Virus record (IMG/VR): IMGVR_UViG_3300001533_003062
Location: 26,327-90,326 of that record
DNA from: a virus
Strand: one strand, 5' to 3'
Length of the DNA: 64,000 nucleotides
Every line of letters starts with the position of its first letter. Positions within the stretch are counted from its first letter, which is position 1. Positions 1 through 10,588 of the stretch are shown one piece after another. Both the position numbers and the translations under genes were made by a program. Below the pieces are notes generated by a model, which worked only from the letters and a program-made list of their open reading frames with translations, was not told where the DNA came from and ran no database searches.

Positions 1-3000
1 CGTACTCCATGTGGAGTAAATCTAAAGCTAATACAGGTCTTAAGTCCCCGTCTAAATCTAAATAGCTTTCGATTTCTTGGTAGTCCGGTTTAGGTATCAA
101 AAGCTCCGCAGGAAGATCACCATATCCCTCATGCACCAACTTAGATGTTAGTCCTGTAAAGGGCTCCTTAGAGTTTATATCTTCAATTATATCGAAGAAG
201 TTACCGTTTAGAACAAAATTATATTCGGTGATGTATTTCCCATACATTACATCCCCAAAAGGCTCGAACCCAGAGGTGCCCGTAAGATTCAATGCAGGAC
301 TTGTATTGTATGCGGGTTTAATCACAGAGGCTATGAAAAAAGGTTCAAATGAGAAATTATTTAGATGTCTCCTTGAGTTTATAACACTAACCAACCCCTC
401 AATAGTATATAAGGGAGTATTATAGGATATATTCAGAGGATAAACAATATTTCCGCTGTACCTAACAGTAGCAGTTAAGGTAATTCTATCTCTGCTAGAG
501 GGTACACTATAGCTAACATCCGTCACCTCCCAAGCAGAACCTGTCACAGATCCCGAGCTGGCTATTATACTTAGATCAAAAGCAGGCGCAGTTGTGAATA
601 CTTCTTTCTCCAAAGTAACAGGGGATACACTAAGACTTCCAGAACCGCTTAGTAAGTCCGTGCTGCTGCCGTCTCCTCCAAGTGCTAGTACCGCGTTAAA
701 CATAGGAGTCCCTGTCTCTGGTATAGTCTCTAAATTTATAGCCCCTACTAATTCAGATATTGTGTCATAAGACGTATTATTAAATAAAAAATCCTGCTGG
801 TAAGTTAGTTCTGTAGTGTAGTTACCTGTAAAGGATAAAGTTTTACCCACATCATCTACTCGATATTGTAGATTTGAAAAATCGTAAAAATCTGAATTAG
901 GCACCACAGAAAAAACTTTAGCATTAGTCTTAATATCTAAACTACTAGACCTATAAACGGGATAATCTTCTATAGTAGTATTATTTAGCTTGTCCGGAAG
1001 AGACTCATTAAAACCGGGTGTCAGGGGGTTATTTGATTTTTCATTTATCCTAATCTCGGTCTCCTCTGTGGGAGTTAAACCCACTACCTCATCTCTCATC
1101 AAATATATTTTATCTAGCTCTGATTTATATAATTCAGTTTTCTGGTCAGGTAAATAGGTATACTCGAAATACCCTCTATTGCCGTCCTCACTAATCTTAC
1201 CGTCTTCACCCCTTTTAAAGTCCCTGTCCCACCTTAGGTTACAATAGAAATAAGCGTTAGAATCCGAACCAACGCTACCAGAGCCTGATAATTGACCGTT
1301 TATCCTATCTAGAAGTTCGTTCAAGGTCTCGCCCTCTATAGATCGGCCTTCTGGCCTTTCGCCTGATGACGCTAAAGGTATACTTACGTCTACGTTTAAA
1401 CTTTTAAACCTTATCCAATTATTTTTTATTTCAAAAAATCTACCCTCCTCTTCATCTGGTTCATCCCAACAGTAGACGTGAAAAGGAGTAATATCTACGG
1501 AATTTCCAAAATTACCCGAATCAGCCATGAGTTCCTGAGCGCGCCCAGGTGATGAGGCGAAAGCAAAATTTTCAGTATCTCTGACACTATAATTATCTTG
1601 TACTACGCTTAAGTCTACGCTACCACCAAAATCTGATCGAGAGACCTGTAGCTTCCAACCGGCTATATAGGCCTTAGAATCTGTATAACTCCCATTTAAA
1701 TTAAGAAGCTCCCCGTCAACACCTTTGACTAGGGATACCTCGTCCGTCCTATAGAATTTCCCCTCACCGCCATTATCCGATTTAGAAAATATCCTAAAAT
1801 ATTTCCTAACAGGCTCATAGGATACCTTCAGATTCTGAGTGTCTAAATCAAGCACCCAATCTCCGCCTACCGCAGTGGCCTCGTAATGTCCGCCAGAATT
1901 TTCCGGATCTTCCCCAAAAATATAGGCTCCAGGCACTACCTCACCTTTTTCATTTGTATATTCCCCCCGCCATTGCGCATTATTTATGGCCTCTATTAAG
2001 TCCCTTATCTTTTTGTATTTGCCTAAGTCTAATTTTAATATGTACTTTCCGCCTTCCGCTTCCCTTCTTAATAGAACTATATTTCTCACTATTTTTGTGC
2101 TAGGCCTGTTTATAGGGACATTAGCCCTAAGTTTCTGGTATTCATCAGGGGTTATTATTGCTAAATTTGGGTCACCTGTTATATTTACCTCTTCCACTAT
2201 TTTAGCTAGTCTTCTATACAGTTTAATCAACTCCTCCTCACCCAAAGACCTCAGTCTCTCTTCAAAGCGATACTGAAGAGAGGCGCTCCCCTCTATAAGG
2301 GTTACTAAAGCAAACAAACCTTGGTTAGAATCTATTTCTTGCTTTTCATCTCCGAGGAAATCAACTATTCTTTTAAAAAGCTTCCCCCCCTCCCCGTTAC
2401 CATCTAAGATAACATCGAGGGCATCTCTTTCCCATAGTATCTCTCTTAAATCCTCACCTGCAGAATATTCATTTAGGGGGGGCCTCCCATCATCAAAATC
2501 TATTAGGTCTAAATCATTCTCTTCACTCCTTATATATTCCACTTTCTCAACACTCTCTCCGCCCTCGGTCCCTACTAAAATATCGGCATTGTCATAGGTC
2601 ACCAAGAACTCGGCAGTACCCCTAGATTTAATGCTAATAGCATTAAAAACATCACGTGTTTCCCACTCACCTGGTACTGGAAGGTTCTCAAATGAATGTA
2701 CCAGAGAATCCTCTAAGGCTTCTTTTCTTGGGTTACCGTTTTTTACGTAGACGGGAAATGTCCGATACACCGCCGCCTCCGTAGTTAAGCTATCCCTAAA
2801 ACCTCTATCTAAAAATAATACCCTAGAGTCATAGAGCCTGTGATCTGGCACACCTGTTATGCTTAATGTGAAATCTTCTATAGCTTTTACCCCCTCATCT
2901 TTAACGATATTCCGGGTATCCATTAAATAGGATCCTCCCTCCCTATCTAATACCCTAATATCTTCTAAGGCTATAAACGGGCTCAATAAAGAAACGGAGA

Positions 3001-6000
3001 ATATCTCTGTTCCTTTTTCTTTAAAAGATTCCACATTTTTAACGAATTCAGATAACGTATAATGTTTAGGGTCATTGATAATATCTCTATCGTTATCATA
3101 AATAGGGTCCCTGTAATAGCTGAAAATTCTTTCAATATTGAGCTCACTCAGTTCGGGATTTATTCTATGGATTAAGTCGTATGTGATCCGTAACTCCCCT
3201 AAACCGTCAAATCCTGTGGTAGACTTAATTTCTATATTTTCTACCAAGAAATCTGAGGGGCTGGCCTTAAGGTTAAATCTTAATAGCGGGTATTCCACCG
3301 GTCCTAAAACTATGGGACCTGAATTAAGCATTTCCCGGGCTATACGCTGATATAATACGCCCCTTTCTAAGCTTATACTCCATTCTTTATATCCCTTAGA
3401 TATACGCTTATCCCAGAACTCTAGCAATTTCTTATATACCCTTGTAATCGATTTAAAGCCCCCATAATTTGATAGGGCATCTCGGGCATTATCGTACGAA
3501 GTGATTATCTCGTTGGACGCCTTATCCTCCTCATGGGTCTCTGTCGATCCCGGTTTGGTGAAAGCTTTCTCTATTACATCCGGTGTAAGAATATTTCTTA
3601 CAGAACCATACTCCTTATACTCATCCCCGTAGGTTTCGGTTAAAAAATTCATATGTATCTCATAGGCCATCATTCGAGTTAGTACCAACCTTATAGCCTC
3701 TAAAAGATAACCTTTAAATCTACTACTATCCACAAGTAACCCTCCACCATCAGGTGAAATACCATAAGATCCCGAGGAATAATCTAAGGTTCCATCTAAA
3801 AAACATCGAGCTATTTTATTGTCGAAAAGTAATAAGTCCTTATCTATAAGCTCAAGTAACTGCCAGGCCTGCTTCTCCCTTAATAGGTGCCTGAAGATAT
3901 TGTCTGGATCGTAAAAATTTTTATATTTGCGTCCAGGGATTAGCCCGTAGTCCTCTATAACATCGTTACCGCCAGAAGAATACGGGTAAAGCCAATGGTC
4001 TCTATTCTTACCTCTAAAAACTAAACCCTCGACAAAAGATCCCGCATCCTTATTGTAGGTCTTTTCAAAAGTGATGTCAGCTACATCTCCAAATCTAGGA
4101 TCTTTCTGATCAACGCCCTCTATTAAGGCGTCCATAGTGTCTGATACTTTTCTCTCCTCGAAAATATTCAAACCTTTAAGGTTGAGCTCCTTATTAACCC
4201 CAGGAGCATCCTCTTTTATAGATACATCCATAGTACCCTCGTCAGGAGAGTCTACCATCATTCTGAATAATTTATCTGGTTCTAAAAGTGCTAATAGGCC
4301 AGGTGGTAGGAAAGGAGCAAACAATAAAAATGCGGGAAGACCTTTCTTTATTTTATTTTTACCTCTTTCGTGTCCCTTGATTTCATCACCTACTATCCTA
4401 GCCCCAAAATTACCCTCATCATCCCACATGGGAAATTCTTGAGCCACACTTTTCTCAATCCACACCCTAAAACCGTCTACAGGTAAGGAATCTTGAAGCT
4501 CTCTTAAAGTAAGATAGGCATGGTAAATTCTATTAGATCCCAGCTTACCTGTAAAACCCGTATCAAAATATACCCCCGCAGGATAATAAGACCCGTCTTC
4601 CTTAAGAACCGTATTCTCTTCAACAAAGAATACCTTATAAGTAGGTATACCCCTCTCGCTAAAATAACGGCCCTTTTCTAAGGTTGAGATATCTCCACTT
4701 CTTAAGGATATTAATTCATATGGTAGCCTCTTCTGGTTTTTGGCCTGTTTGTATACGAAACTATCCTCGTCCCAATCCTTAGCCATTTCTTTAAATTCAT
4801 CCTCAGATAGCTGACGTATGTTAGACTCTTTGGTTATGTCTTCTATCTCATAGTAGGTTTTTCTCCCGTCTATCTTTATCTTATCCCCAACGCTCACCCT
4901 AGTCAAAAAATCATAGGGATTTTCCTTAGCGGAAAAAAGCTTATCTTTATCTCTTATAACCACATCATAGTTAGCTACTAAATTCGTCTCTTGTCCCTTA
5001 AGTATCCTGTAGTCGACTGTAGGCATACCATTATTCACATCATTATTGACCCATCCAGGGTTAGCCGATTTTACATAACCTACCTTTATTTTATTATATT
5101 CTATGTTGTAACAATACACATCGTTATTCAGTTTCTGCCTCTTACCAAATCTATCATAGTACTTTGGAGATGCTCCGTCATAACCAACTGGAAAAAATAT
5201 AGAGAAACCATTATCTATCTGAGCTATTTCCTCATCAGTAGTTAGTGTGTAGTTATGGTCTTCTACGCTACTATCCGCTAACTTAAATATCCCATCCTCT
5301 TTAATAACGTGCTGGCAATTACCAAACCTAAAACCCAGTATAAGTTGTAGCTCAGATGCAAAGTTCCTTAAACGATCCTTATACCACTTATAAATCTTTA
5401 AGTATATCTGCTTTTTTATTTCTTCGTCCCTTAGGAGATACTTAAGGTTCTCTATCCCCCCTTTATATACCTCGACTAGGTCATCCCCGCCGACCTCATC
5501 GCCTGAGCCTCCGCCGGAACTTTTATCCTTAACTATCTGACCTATCTCAGGAATGGACTCTATCTCTATAAACTGCCTCTCCGTTAAAGTCTGTATATAA
5601 AATTGATCTCTATTTAAAAAATCCATATAGACCTCTACGGAGCTTCCCACAGGTAAGTCCTTAAAATATCGGCAAGAACACGTTATCGATTTACCTTCTT
5701 CTTCCGGATAAGCATTTAGGCCTAGGTAGTTCAGACGGAACCTGTCATCAGTTACTAAGGGCTCCGTAAGAGATAAGCCTCCTCCCTCCACAGCATAGTC
5801 CTCGTCAGCTACTAATTTACTTTCTCCCGAAAGTAAATAATACGAGTACCCATCATTAAAATCCACCCGAGATCTAAATTGTACGGGATAACTAGTGTAA
5901 GAGATATCAGGGGAAGCTAGCAAGGTATCTAGCTCTTCCTCATTTAGAGGGACATCAAAATATACCCGCATTAGTGCCGACTCATATACACTTTCATCCA

Positions 6001-9000
6001 TATATTTTTCAATGCTCGACACCGCTCTTATAAGATCATTATTAAATCTTATGATAGATCCGGGCACCATATCGGTAAGAAAATCAGATACGTCTAACCC
6101 GTCTGGAGAAAATAAAGAAAAATTCTCTGCAGTGACATCAGTAAATGACAGACCCGAAGAAACGGATCTAAAAACAGGTAAGGTATAGGAGAAATCTGCG
6201 GAGGAGGACACCTCCTGAAGCTTTTGGGTATCTATGGGCGAATCAAAAGTCACCCTTACAACTTCTGTGCCGTCCCTACCCTCATCTACGTACCTATCTA
6301 CCCTATATATTGTCCTAAATTCTTTATTAAGCACCTTTAAAACAGAGCCTTGAATTAAGCCCCGGGTCTTATAGGCTAGGTCGTTACCTGGATCCGCGAA
6401 GGAAACACTATCCTCTTTGCCGTCTATGATAACGAGCGAACCATCAAGGGTACTGAACACAGGCTCCGTTACAGCTATATCGGAGGCCCCTGATATCATT
6501 ACCAATAGTTCCATATCTAAAGGTCTATTAAAATTTACCTTTACGATCTCTATGTTGGACCTATTTGTATCTACGTAATTTTCTACAGACTCTATATGCC
6601 TGATATCCGTATCTTTAAATTTTATCAGAGATCCTCTTACCAAAGCCTTTAAAGACCTAAAAACATCCGTACCTGGTGGAGTTGTTAGGGATAAACTACT
6701 CTCTTTACCGTCTATTATGATAAGATCCTGATTAAAGTGCTCTAAGCTTACCCATTCTGCTTCCTTGCTGACCCAAACTCCCGGCTCAACCGTGTGCTCA
6801 TTGAATTCAGGATATACCGTTATATCAGTTTTATTCTCTTTTTCATTATACTCACAGGATAATACCTTATGAAAATAGGACTCCCCCGTTATATTACTTC
6901 TATAAGCTAGCAGAGAATTCTCCTTAAGGGCGTACGATCTATCTACGTCTAATATGGTATACTTATCTTTACCTAATACCGTTCTTATTAATTTTCTCTT
7001 ATAAAGTTCCTGTATTATGCCCACTGTGTACGGTAAGCTCTCATAGACATTTTCCTCAAAGGGCTGGATAGACAGGCTCTCCCTACCGCCACCTTTTACA
7101 AAATTTACCACCTTAAAAGGCTTATAGTTCTCCGGATAATTTCCATCTAGCGCATTAAAGGTACTTACCGTATCCTCTATAGCAGCCACCAAAGAATCTA
7201 TAGTCGGATATTCACTGTATCTAAAATCGTAGCTATCCCCATTAAGGACTCCCCCTAAAGACTCGAGGAGAGATATTCTATTAGTATCGATCTGTATCTT
7301 AGCGTTTCCCTCAAAACCGTCGGGTACCGCATAATCTATTTTAAAAGCAGACTCTTCGGGATCTGTTAGAACAAATTTTTTTGTTATTAAATCGGTACCA
7401 CCTAAAGTATATATAGGCAACTCAGACACAGCGACCCCATCTTCTATGTTGCTTATAAGAGAGGGAAATATAGTAGCCTTTACTTCCCCGGCCTCTAGTC
7501 GGGATTCAAGAACGATATAGATATCTCTACCGTCCACCATCAATAGGTGATTAGAAGCCACGGACTCTAATAACTGCAGAGTATTGCCTCTAAAAGATAC
7601 AGTGTCATTGCCCACTGATATATTTTTATTTACTTCCGTACTAGGAGGTAAACTCGTCCACTCTACGCTTTTATCGAACACATAAAAAGAGGGATTATAG
7701 ATATCTTCAGGGTAGCTACCATAAAATTCCACAAAGGTGCTATTATCTGCAAAACGCACGGATTTAACTCTCAAGTAATAAGTAGCCTCTGGGGCCATAT
7801 TATCTATTCTAAGGACATCCCCGGGATAAATAATATCCCTTCTATCAAAGCCCTCGATCAAAAGAGTGTTAGACCCCTCTTCCAGCACATTATAAAGTCT
7901 TTGGATAGGTGCGTATGGGAGTATCTCACTTTCAAAACTATAAGAAACATTTACGATACTATTCCGATTTAGGACCGCTGTATTTAAGCTGTTATCTAAG
8001 GTGAGAGTCCTCTCTATATTGTCATAGGTATAACCCTCGGTATTTAATAACCTGATATCCCCGCCCTCGATCACTCTTAAATTACTGAGAGAAACCTCTT
8101 CCAAATCTCCGGAAAATTGAAATTTATCAGGGTCTCCAGATTTTTTAAATGGGTCCTCAATTACCCTAGATACTGCAGGATTAGTGACCGAAAATATATA
8201 AGACCCCTCATCAGAGACCTCTAGCGTATCATTTAGTATAGTCATCTTATAAGTAGTTTCGCTGGTATCTGACGGTTGTATCACTGTATGCAGTAAAGAT
8301 AAGGGGGTGTATATAGCCTCAATAGAATCCACCGAGGAACTTAAAACATCTGCATCGAATATTCTTATTTTACCTGTAAGATAGGATACCTCAAAATCAG
8401 CGCCCTCGGAGAGTCTTCGACTACCGCTTTTAATATCTCCACCACTCTCCTGCTGAGTCCAGTTAACGGTTAATCTCACTGTCCCGTTTAATATGGGGTA
8501 TTGGCTAAGCCTTAAGTTGTCCCCGCTTATTCTCTCTCCCTCGACATCCTTACCCTCGACATAGTACGATACAAGTACAGCTTCATCTTTTGAAAGCGGG
8601 GTATTGAACAATAGTGCCCCCGATGTGTAGTCTATTTCACACCCTTCCCCAGGGAATAAATGATTCTCCTCTCTATCTTCAAAATAAAGGGGATTTTCTA
8701 TACCTACACCAGTGAAACCCTGATCTACTACCAGCTCATTCTTATCTAATATAGTAGAATAGGGTGCACCCTTAATAATACTCATACCATCCCAAAGTAT
8801 TCTTTTTCTCGTAGCTATAGATCCTATTATCTCTTCAGAATTATAATGATCCGATAAAAAAACTACCCCTCCCGGATAATCAATCTTATAATTGTCGTCT
8901 TTTACGAGCAGATTTTCATTGACCCTTATCTCTTCCGAGTTGGGTATTATATTACTAATAGGGGTTATTAGAGGTTCTCCTCCCCCTATTTCTTTCTTTT

Positions 9001-9955
9001 TAATTATTGAAAATATACCCTCAAATGACCCATCTATAGGCTCTACTTGGGAGGCTCCTTTCCCACCTACCTTACCTAACTCATCTAAAAATTTAATATA
9101 GGCTACATCTCTTTCCTCATAGGCTGGAAACGGAAATTTATATTGATCCTCTTGGGAATAGTTTACAACATAATCCTTATTCTCTTCCTTAAGTAATAGC
9201 TCCCCACCCTCTTCAGACCAGTAAACCTTTAGAGTTTCGTGAGGGAAAGGTAATGGATCCAAGGACAAATCAGATATAGGACTTTTTGAGTTAGTCACTA
9301 ATTTTTTCCTAGGCTCGGTAGAATTAACAGTCATCATATCCGCGGAGTTAGTAGACGCCCCCGGAAAAATTTTAAATCTTATGTTATCATCCTCTAAAGG
9401 TTTTTCCCATCCCGTTGCGCCAGATACGACGGTAAGGGCCTCCACACCCGTGAATCCCCAGGCATTCCTATCCCTATCAAAAAACATACCTGATTCATCC
9501 TGAAGGGTTTTTACAACCTCATAGCTAACACTACCTTTTTTTATTTTTCTTAGAGTACAAACCCCCTCTTTTTCATCCGGATCGGTATCGTTTAATTTCT
9601 GATATTTATCCGTCAAGTATATTTTATTTCCGTCTGCACTTATACCCGTTATAGCCCAAAACCTTTCGTCCGAATCAAATCTTATGATATCGCCGTGAAC
9701 GACCTCTTTTTTATCCCCTATGAATTTAAAGTTACTCACTTCTTCGCTATCTTGTTTAAACTTACCCGAGCCCTTAAATTGGTTTTTACTTAGAGAAGCC
9801 TGTACTAAGTAATTAGCGCCAGTCTCGAAGGTCCTTATATCAGGATCAACTTCTATAGTAGACGTAGTAGATGCGTTATTAGTCGTTACTTTAGCTCCTC
9901 TAGCTACCGTATTACCTAAATAAAGTGATTTTAGTCTAAATACTTCTGATCCCAT
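1..9955 (-). CDS. Giant virion protein (>3318 aa, 3' end outside window), probably baseplate/fibre-associated
   Basis: Not in ORF track. ATG at 9955 with GAGG RBS at 9961-9964; reads MGSEVFRLKSLYLGNTVARGAK. Frame checked open at many points down to base 1, and the track lists no minus ORF here, as expected if no stop is reached. Repeated beta-rich modules (DYxIDY..G, EGADFEVSYLTG). Follows spike and hub genes. Confidence 0.85.
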   Translation of the reverse strand, partial: MGSEVFRLKSLYLGNTVARGAKVTTNNASTTSTIEVDPDIRTFETGANYLVQASLSKNQFKGSGKFKQDSEEVSNFKFIGDKKEVVHGDIIRFDSDERFWAITGISADGNKIYLTDKYQKLNDTDPDEKEGVCTLRKIKKGSVSYEVVKTLQDESGMFFDRDRNAWGFTGVEALTVVSGATGWEKPLEDDNIRFKIFPGASTNSADMMTVNSTEPRKKLVTNSKSPISDLSLDPLPFPHETLKVYWSEEGGELLLKEENKDYVVNYSQEDQYKFPFPAYEERDVAYIKFLDELGKVGGKGASQVEPIDGSFEGIFSIIKKKEIGGGEPLITPISNIIPNSEEIRVNENLLVKDDNYKIDYPGGVVFLSDHYNSEEIIGSIATRKRILWDGMSIIKGAPYSTILDKNELVVDQGFTGVGIENPLYFEDREENHLFPGEGCEIDYTSGALLFNTPLSKDEAVLVSYYVEGKDVEGERISGDNLRLSQYPILNGTVRLTVNWTQQESGGDIKSGSRRLSEGADFEVSYLTGKIRIFDADVLSSSVDSIEAIYTPLSLLHTVIQPSDTSETTYKMTILNDTLEVSDEGSYIFSVTNPAVSRVIEDPFKKSGDPDKFQFSGDLEEVSLSNLRVIEGGDIRLLNTEGYTYDNIERTLTLDNSLNTAVLNRNSIVNVSYSFESEILPYAPIQRLYNVLEEGSNTLLIEGFDRRDIIYPGDVLRIDNMAPEATYYLRVKSVRFADNSTFVEFYGSYPEDIYNPSFYVFDKSVEWTSLPPSTEVNKNISVGNDTVSFRGNTLQLLESVASNHLLMVDGRDIYIVLESRLEAGEVKATIFPSLISNIEDGVAVSELPIYTLGGTDLITKKFVLTDPEESAFKIDYAVPDGFEGNAKIQIDTNRISLLESLGGVLNGDSYDFRYSEYPTIDSLVAAIEDTVSTFNALDGNYPENYKPFKVVNFVKGGGRESLSIQPFEENVYESLPYTVGIIQELYKRKLIRTVLGKDKYTILDVDRSYALKENSLLAYRSNITGESYFHKVLSCEYNEKENKTDITVYPEFNEHTVEPGVWVSKEAEWVSLEHFNQDLIIIDGKESSLSLTTPPGTDVFRSLKALVRGSLIKFKDTDIRHIESVENYVDTNRSNIEIVKVNFNRPLDMELLVMISGASDIAVTEPVFSTLDGSLVIIDGKEDSVSFADPGNDLAYKTRGLIQGSVLKVLNKEFRTIYRVDRYVDEGRDGTEVVRVTFDSPIDTQKLQEVSSSADFSYTLPVFRSVSSGLSFTDVTAENFSLFSPDGLDVSDFLTDMVPGSIIRFNNDLIRAVSSIEKYMDESVYESALMRVYFDVPLNEEELDTLLASPDISYTSYPVQFRSRVDFNDGYSYYLLSGESKLVADEDYAVEGGGLSLTEPLVTDDRFRLNYLGLNAYPEEEGKSITCSCRYFKDLPVGSSVEVYMDFLNRDQFYIQTLTERQFIEIESIPEIGQIVKDKSSGGGSGDEVGGDDLVEVYKGGIENLKYLLRDEEIKKQIYLKIYKWYKDRLRNFASELQLILGFRFGNCQHVIKEDGIFKLADSSVEDHNYTLTTDEEIAQIDNGFSIFFPVGYDGASPKYYDRFGKRQKLNNDVYCYNIEYNKIKVGYVKSANPGWVNNDVNNGMPTVDYRILKGQETNLVANYDVVIRDKDKLFSAKENPYDFLTRVSVGDKIKIDGRKTYYEIEDITKESNIRQLSEDEFKEMAKDWDEDSFVYKQAKNQKRLPYELISLRSGDISTLEKGRYFSERGIPTYKVFFVEENTVLKEDGSYYPAGVYFDTGFTGKLGSNRIYHAYLTLRELQDSLPVDGFRVWIEKSVAQEFPMWDDEGNFGARIVGDEIKGHERGKNKIKKGLPAFLLFAPFLPPGLLALLEPDKLFRMMVDSPDEGTMDVSIKEDAPGVNKELNLKGLNIFEERKVSDTMDALIEGVDQKDPRFGDVADITFEKTYNKDAGSFVEGLVFRGKNRDHWLYPYSSGGNDVIEDYGLIPGRKYKNFYDPDNIFRHLLREKQAWQLLELIDKDLLLFDNKIARCFLDGTLDYSSGSYGISPDGGGLLVDSSRFKGYLLEAIRLVLTRMMAYEIHMNFLTETYGDEYKEYGSVRNILTPDVIEKAFTKPGSTETHEEDKASNEIITSYDNARDALSNYGGFKSITRVYKKLLEFWDKRISKGYKEWSISLERGVLYQRIAREMLNSGPIVLGPVEYPLLRFNLKASPSDFLVENIEIKSTTGFDGLGELRITYDLIHRINPELSELNIERIFSYYRDPIYDNDRDIINDPKHYTLSEFVKNVESFKEKGTEIFSVSLLSPFIALEDIRVLDREGGSYLMDTRNIVKDEGVKAIEDFTLSITGVPDHRLYDSRVLFLDRGFRDSLTTEAAVYRTFPVYVKNGNPRKEALEDSLVHSFENLPVPGEWETRDVFNAISIKSRGTAEFLVTYDNADILVGTEGGESVEKVEYIRSEENDLDLIDFDDGRPPLNEYSAGEDLREILWERDALDVILDGNGEGGKLFKRIVDFLGDEKQEIDSNQGLFALVTLIEGSASLQYRFEERLRSLGEEELIKLYRRLAKIVEEVNITGDPNLAIITPDEYQKLRANVPINRPSTKIVRNIVLLRREAEGGKYILKLDLGKYKKIRDLIEAINNAQWRGEYTNEKGEVVPGAYIFGEDPENSGGHYEATAVGGDWVLDLDTQNLKVSYEPVRKYFRIFSKSDNGGEGKFYRTDEVSLVKGVDGELLNLNGSYTDSKAYIAGWKLQVSRSDFGGSVDLSVVQDNYSVRDTENFAFASSPGRAQELMADSGNFGNSVDITPFHVYCWDEPDEEEGRFFEIKNNWIRFKSLNVDVSIPLASSGERPEGRSIEGETLNELLDRINGQLSGSGSVGSDSNAYFYCNLRWDRDFKRGEDGKISEDGNRGYFEYTYLPDQKTELYKSELDKIYLMRDEVVGLTPTEETEIRINEKSNNPLTPGFNESLPDKLNNTTIEDYPVYRSSSLDIKTNAKVFSVVPNSDFYDFSNLQYRVDDVGKTLSFTGNYTTELTYQQDFLFNNTSYDTISELVGAINLETIPETGTPMFNAVLALGGDGSSTDLLSGSGSLSVSPVTLEKEVFTTAPAFDLSIIASSGSVTGSAWEVTDVSYSVPSSRDRITLTATVRYSGNIVYPLNISYNTPLYTIEGLVSVINSRRHLNNFSFEPFFIASVIKPAYNTSPALNLTGTSGFEPFGDVMYGKYITEYNFVLNGNFFDIIEDINSKEPFTGLTSKLVHEGYGDLPAELLIPKPDYQEIESYLDLDGDLRPVLALDLLHMEY

Positions 9956-9964
9956 ATAATCCTC

Positions 9965-10588
9965 TTAATTTATCTTTGAATATATCGCGGGTATACCCAC
10001 CACTGCTAAGGGTCCCACAGGCGGTACAGGTGCAATAGCCCCCGTAACTAATATAGTAAATGTCGCACCGGATTTTAGCTGATTAACAACCCCGTACGAT
10101 ATACAATCAGCGATCTTATTTATATCCCTACCCATAAGGGCCTTGGAGGCTAAATTAGCCTGCATGATCTTTATTAAAGCTTGGGCATTTATCTTAGTTA
10201 ATTTTGCAGTTCCGCCACCTATAGCTAAACCCGCGAAATTACCTTGGACTATAGCCCCGTTCATAACCTGGCATACGCCATTAGCTATAGCGGAGAAAAA
10301 AGATCCCATGTCTCTTCCACCAGCCCCAAAACCTAATTGGGCCGCTCGAGCTCGCATAAGATTAGACATAGCCGCAGGTACTATACCCGCTACAACTAAA
10401 CTGGAGGCGGTCCCTACCGGGCCCGCAGTACCTGAGCATGTAAAGGATAGCATATTGGGCGTAGTGATATGTAAAGCAACAGAGGAGCCTACGGCGTCCG
10501 CTATATCAATAGCATTACGCCCTATAATCCTCTTAGAACCAAAATTAGCCATTATAGCTGCCGTTATTAATTTACCTGTAACGGGCAT
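9965..10588 (-). CDS. Ala/Gly-rich baseplate-region protein with three internal helical repeats
   Basis: 207 aa, coupled to the upstream spike gene; repeats GRNAIDIADAVG / GRDMGSFFSAIANGV / GRDINKIADCISYGV. Confidence 0.6.
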   Translation of the reverse strand: MPVTGKLITAAIMANFGSKRIIGRNAIDIADAVGSSVALHITTPNMLSFTCSGTAGPVGTASSLVVAGIVPAAMSNLMRARAAQLGFGAGGRDMGSFFSAIANGVCQVMNGAIVQGNFAGLAIGGGTAKLTKINAQALIKIMQANLASKALMGRDINKIADCISYGVVNQLKSGATFTILVTGAIAPVPPVGPLAVVGIPAIYSKIN

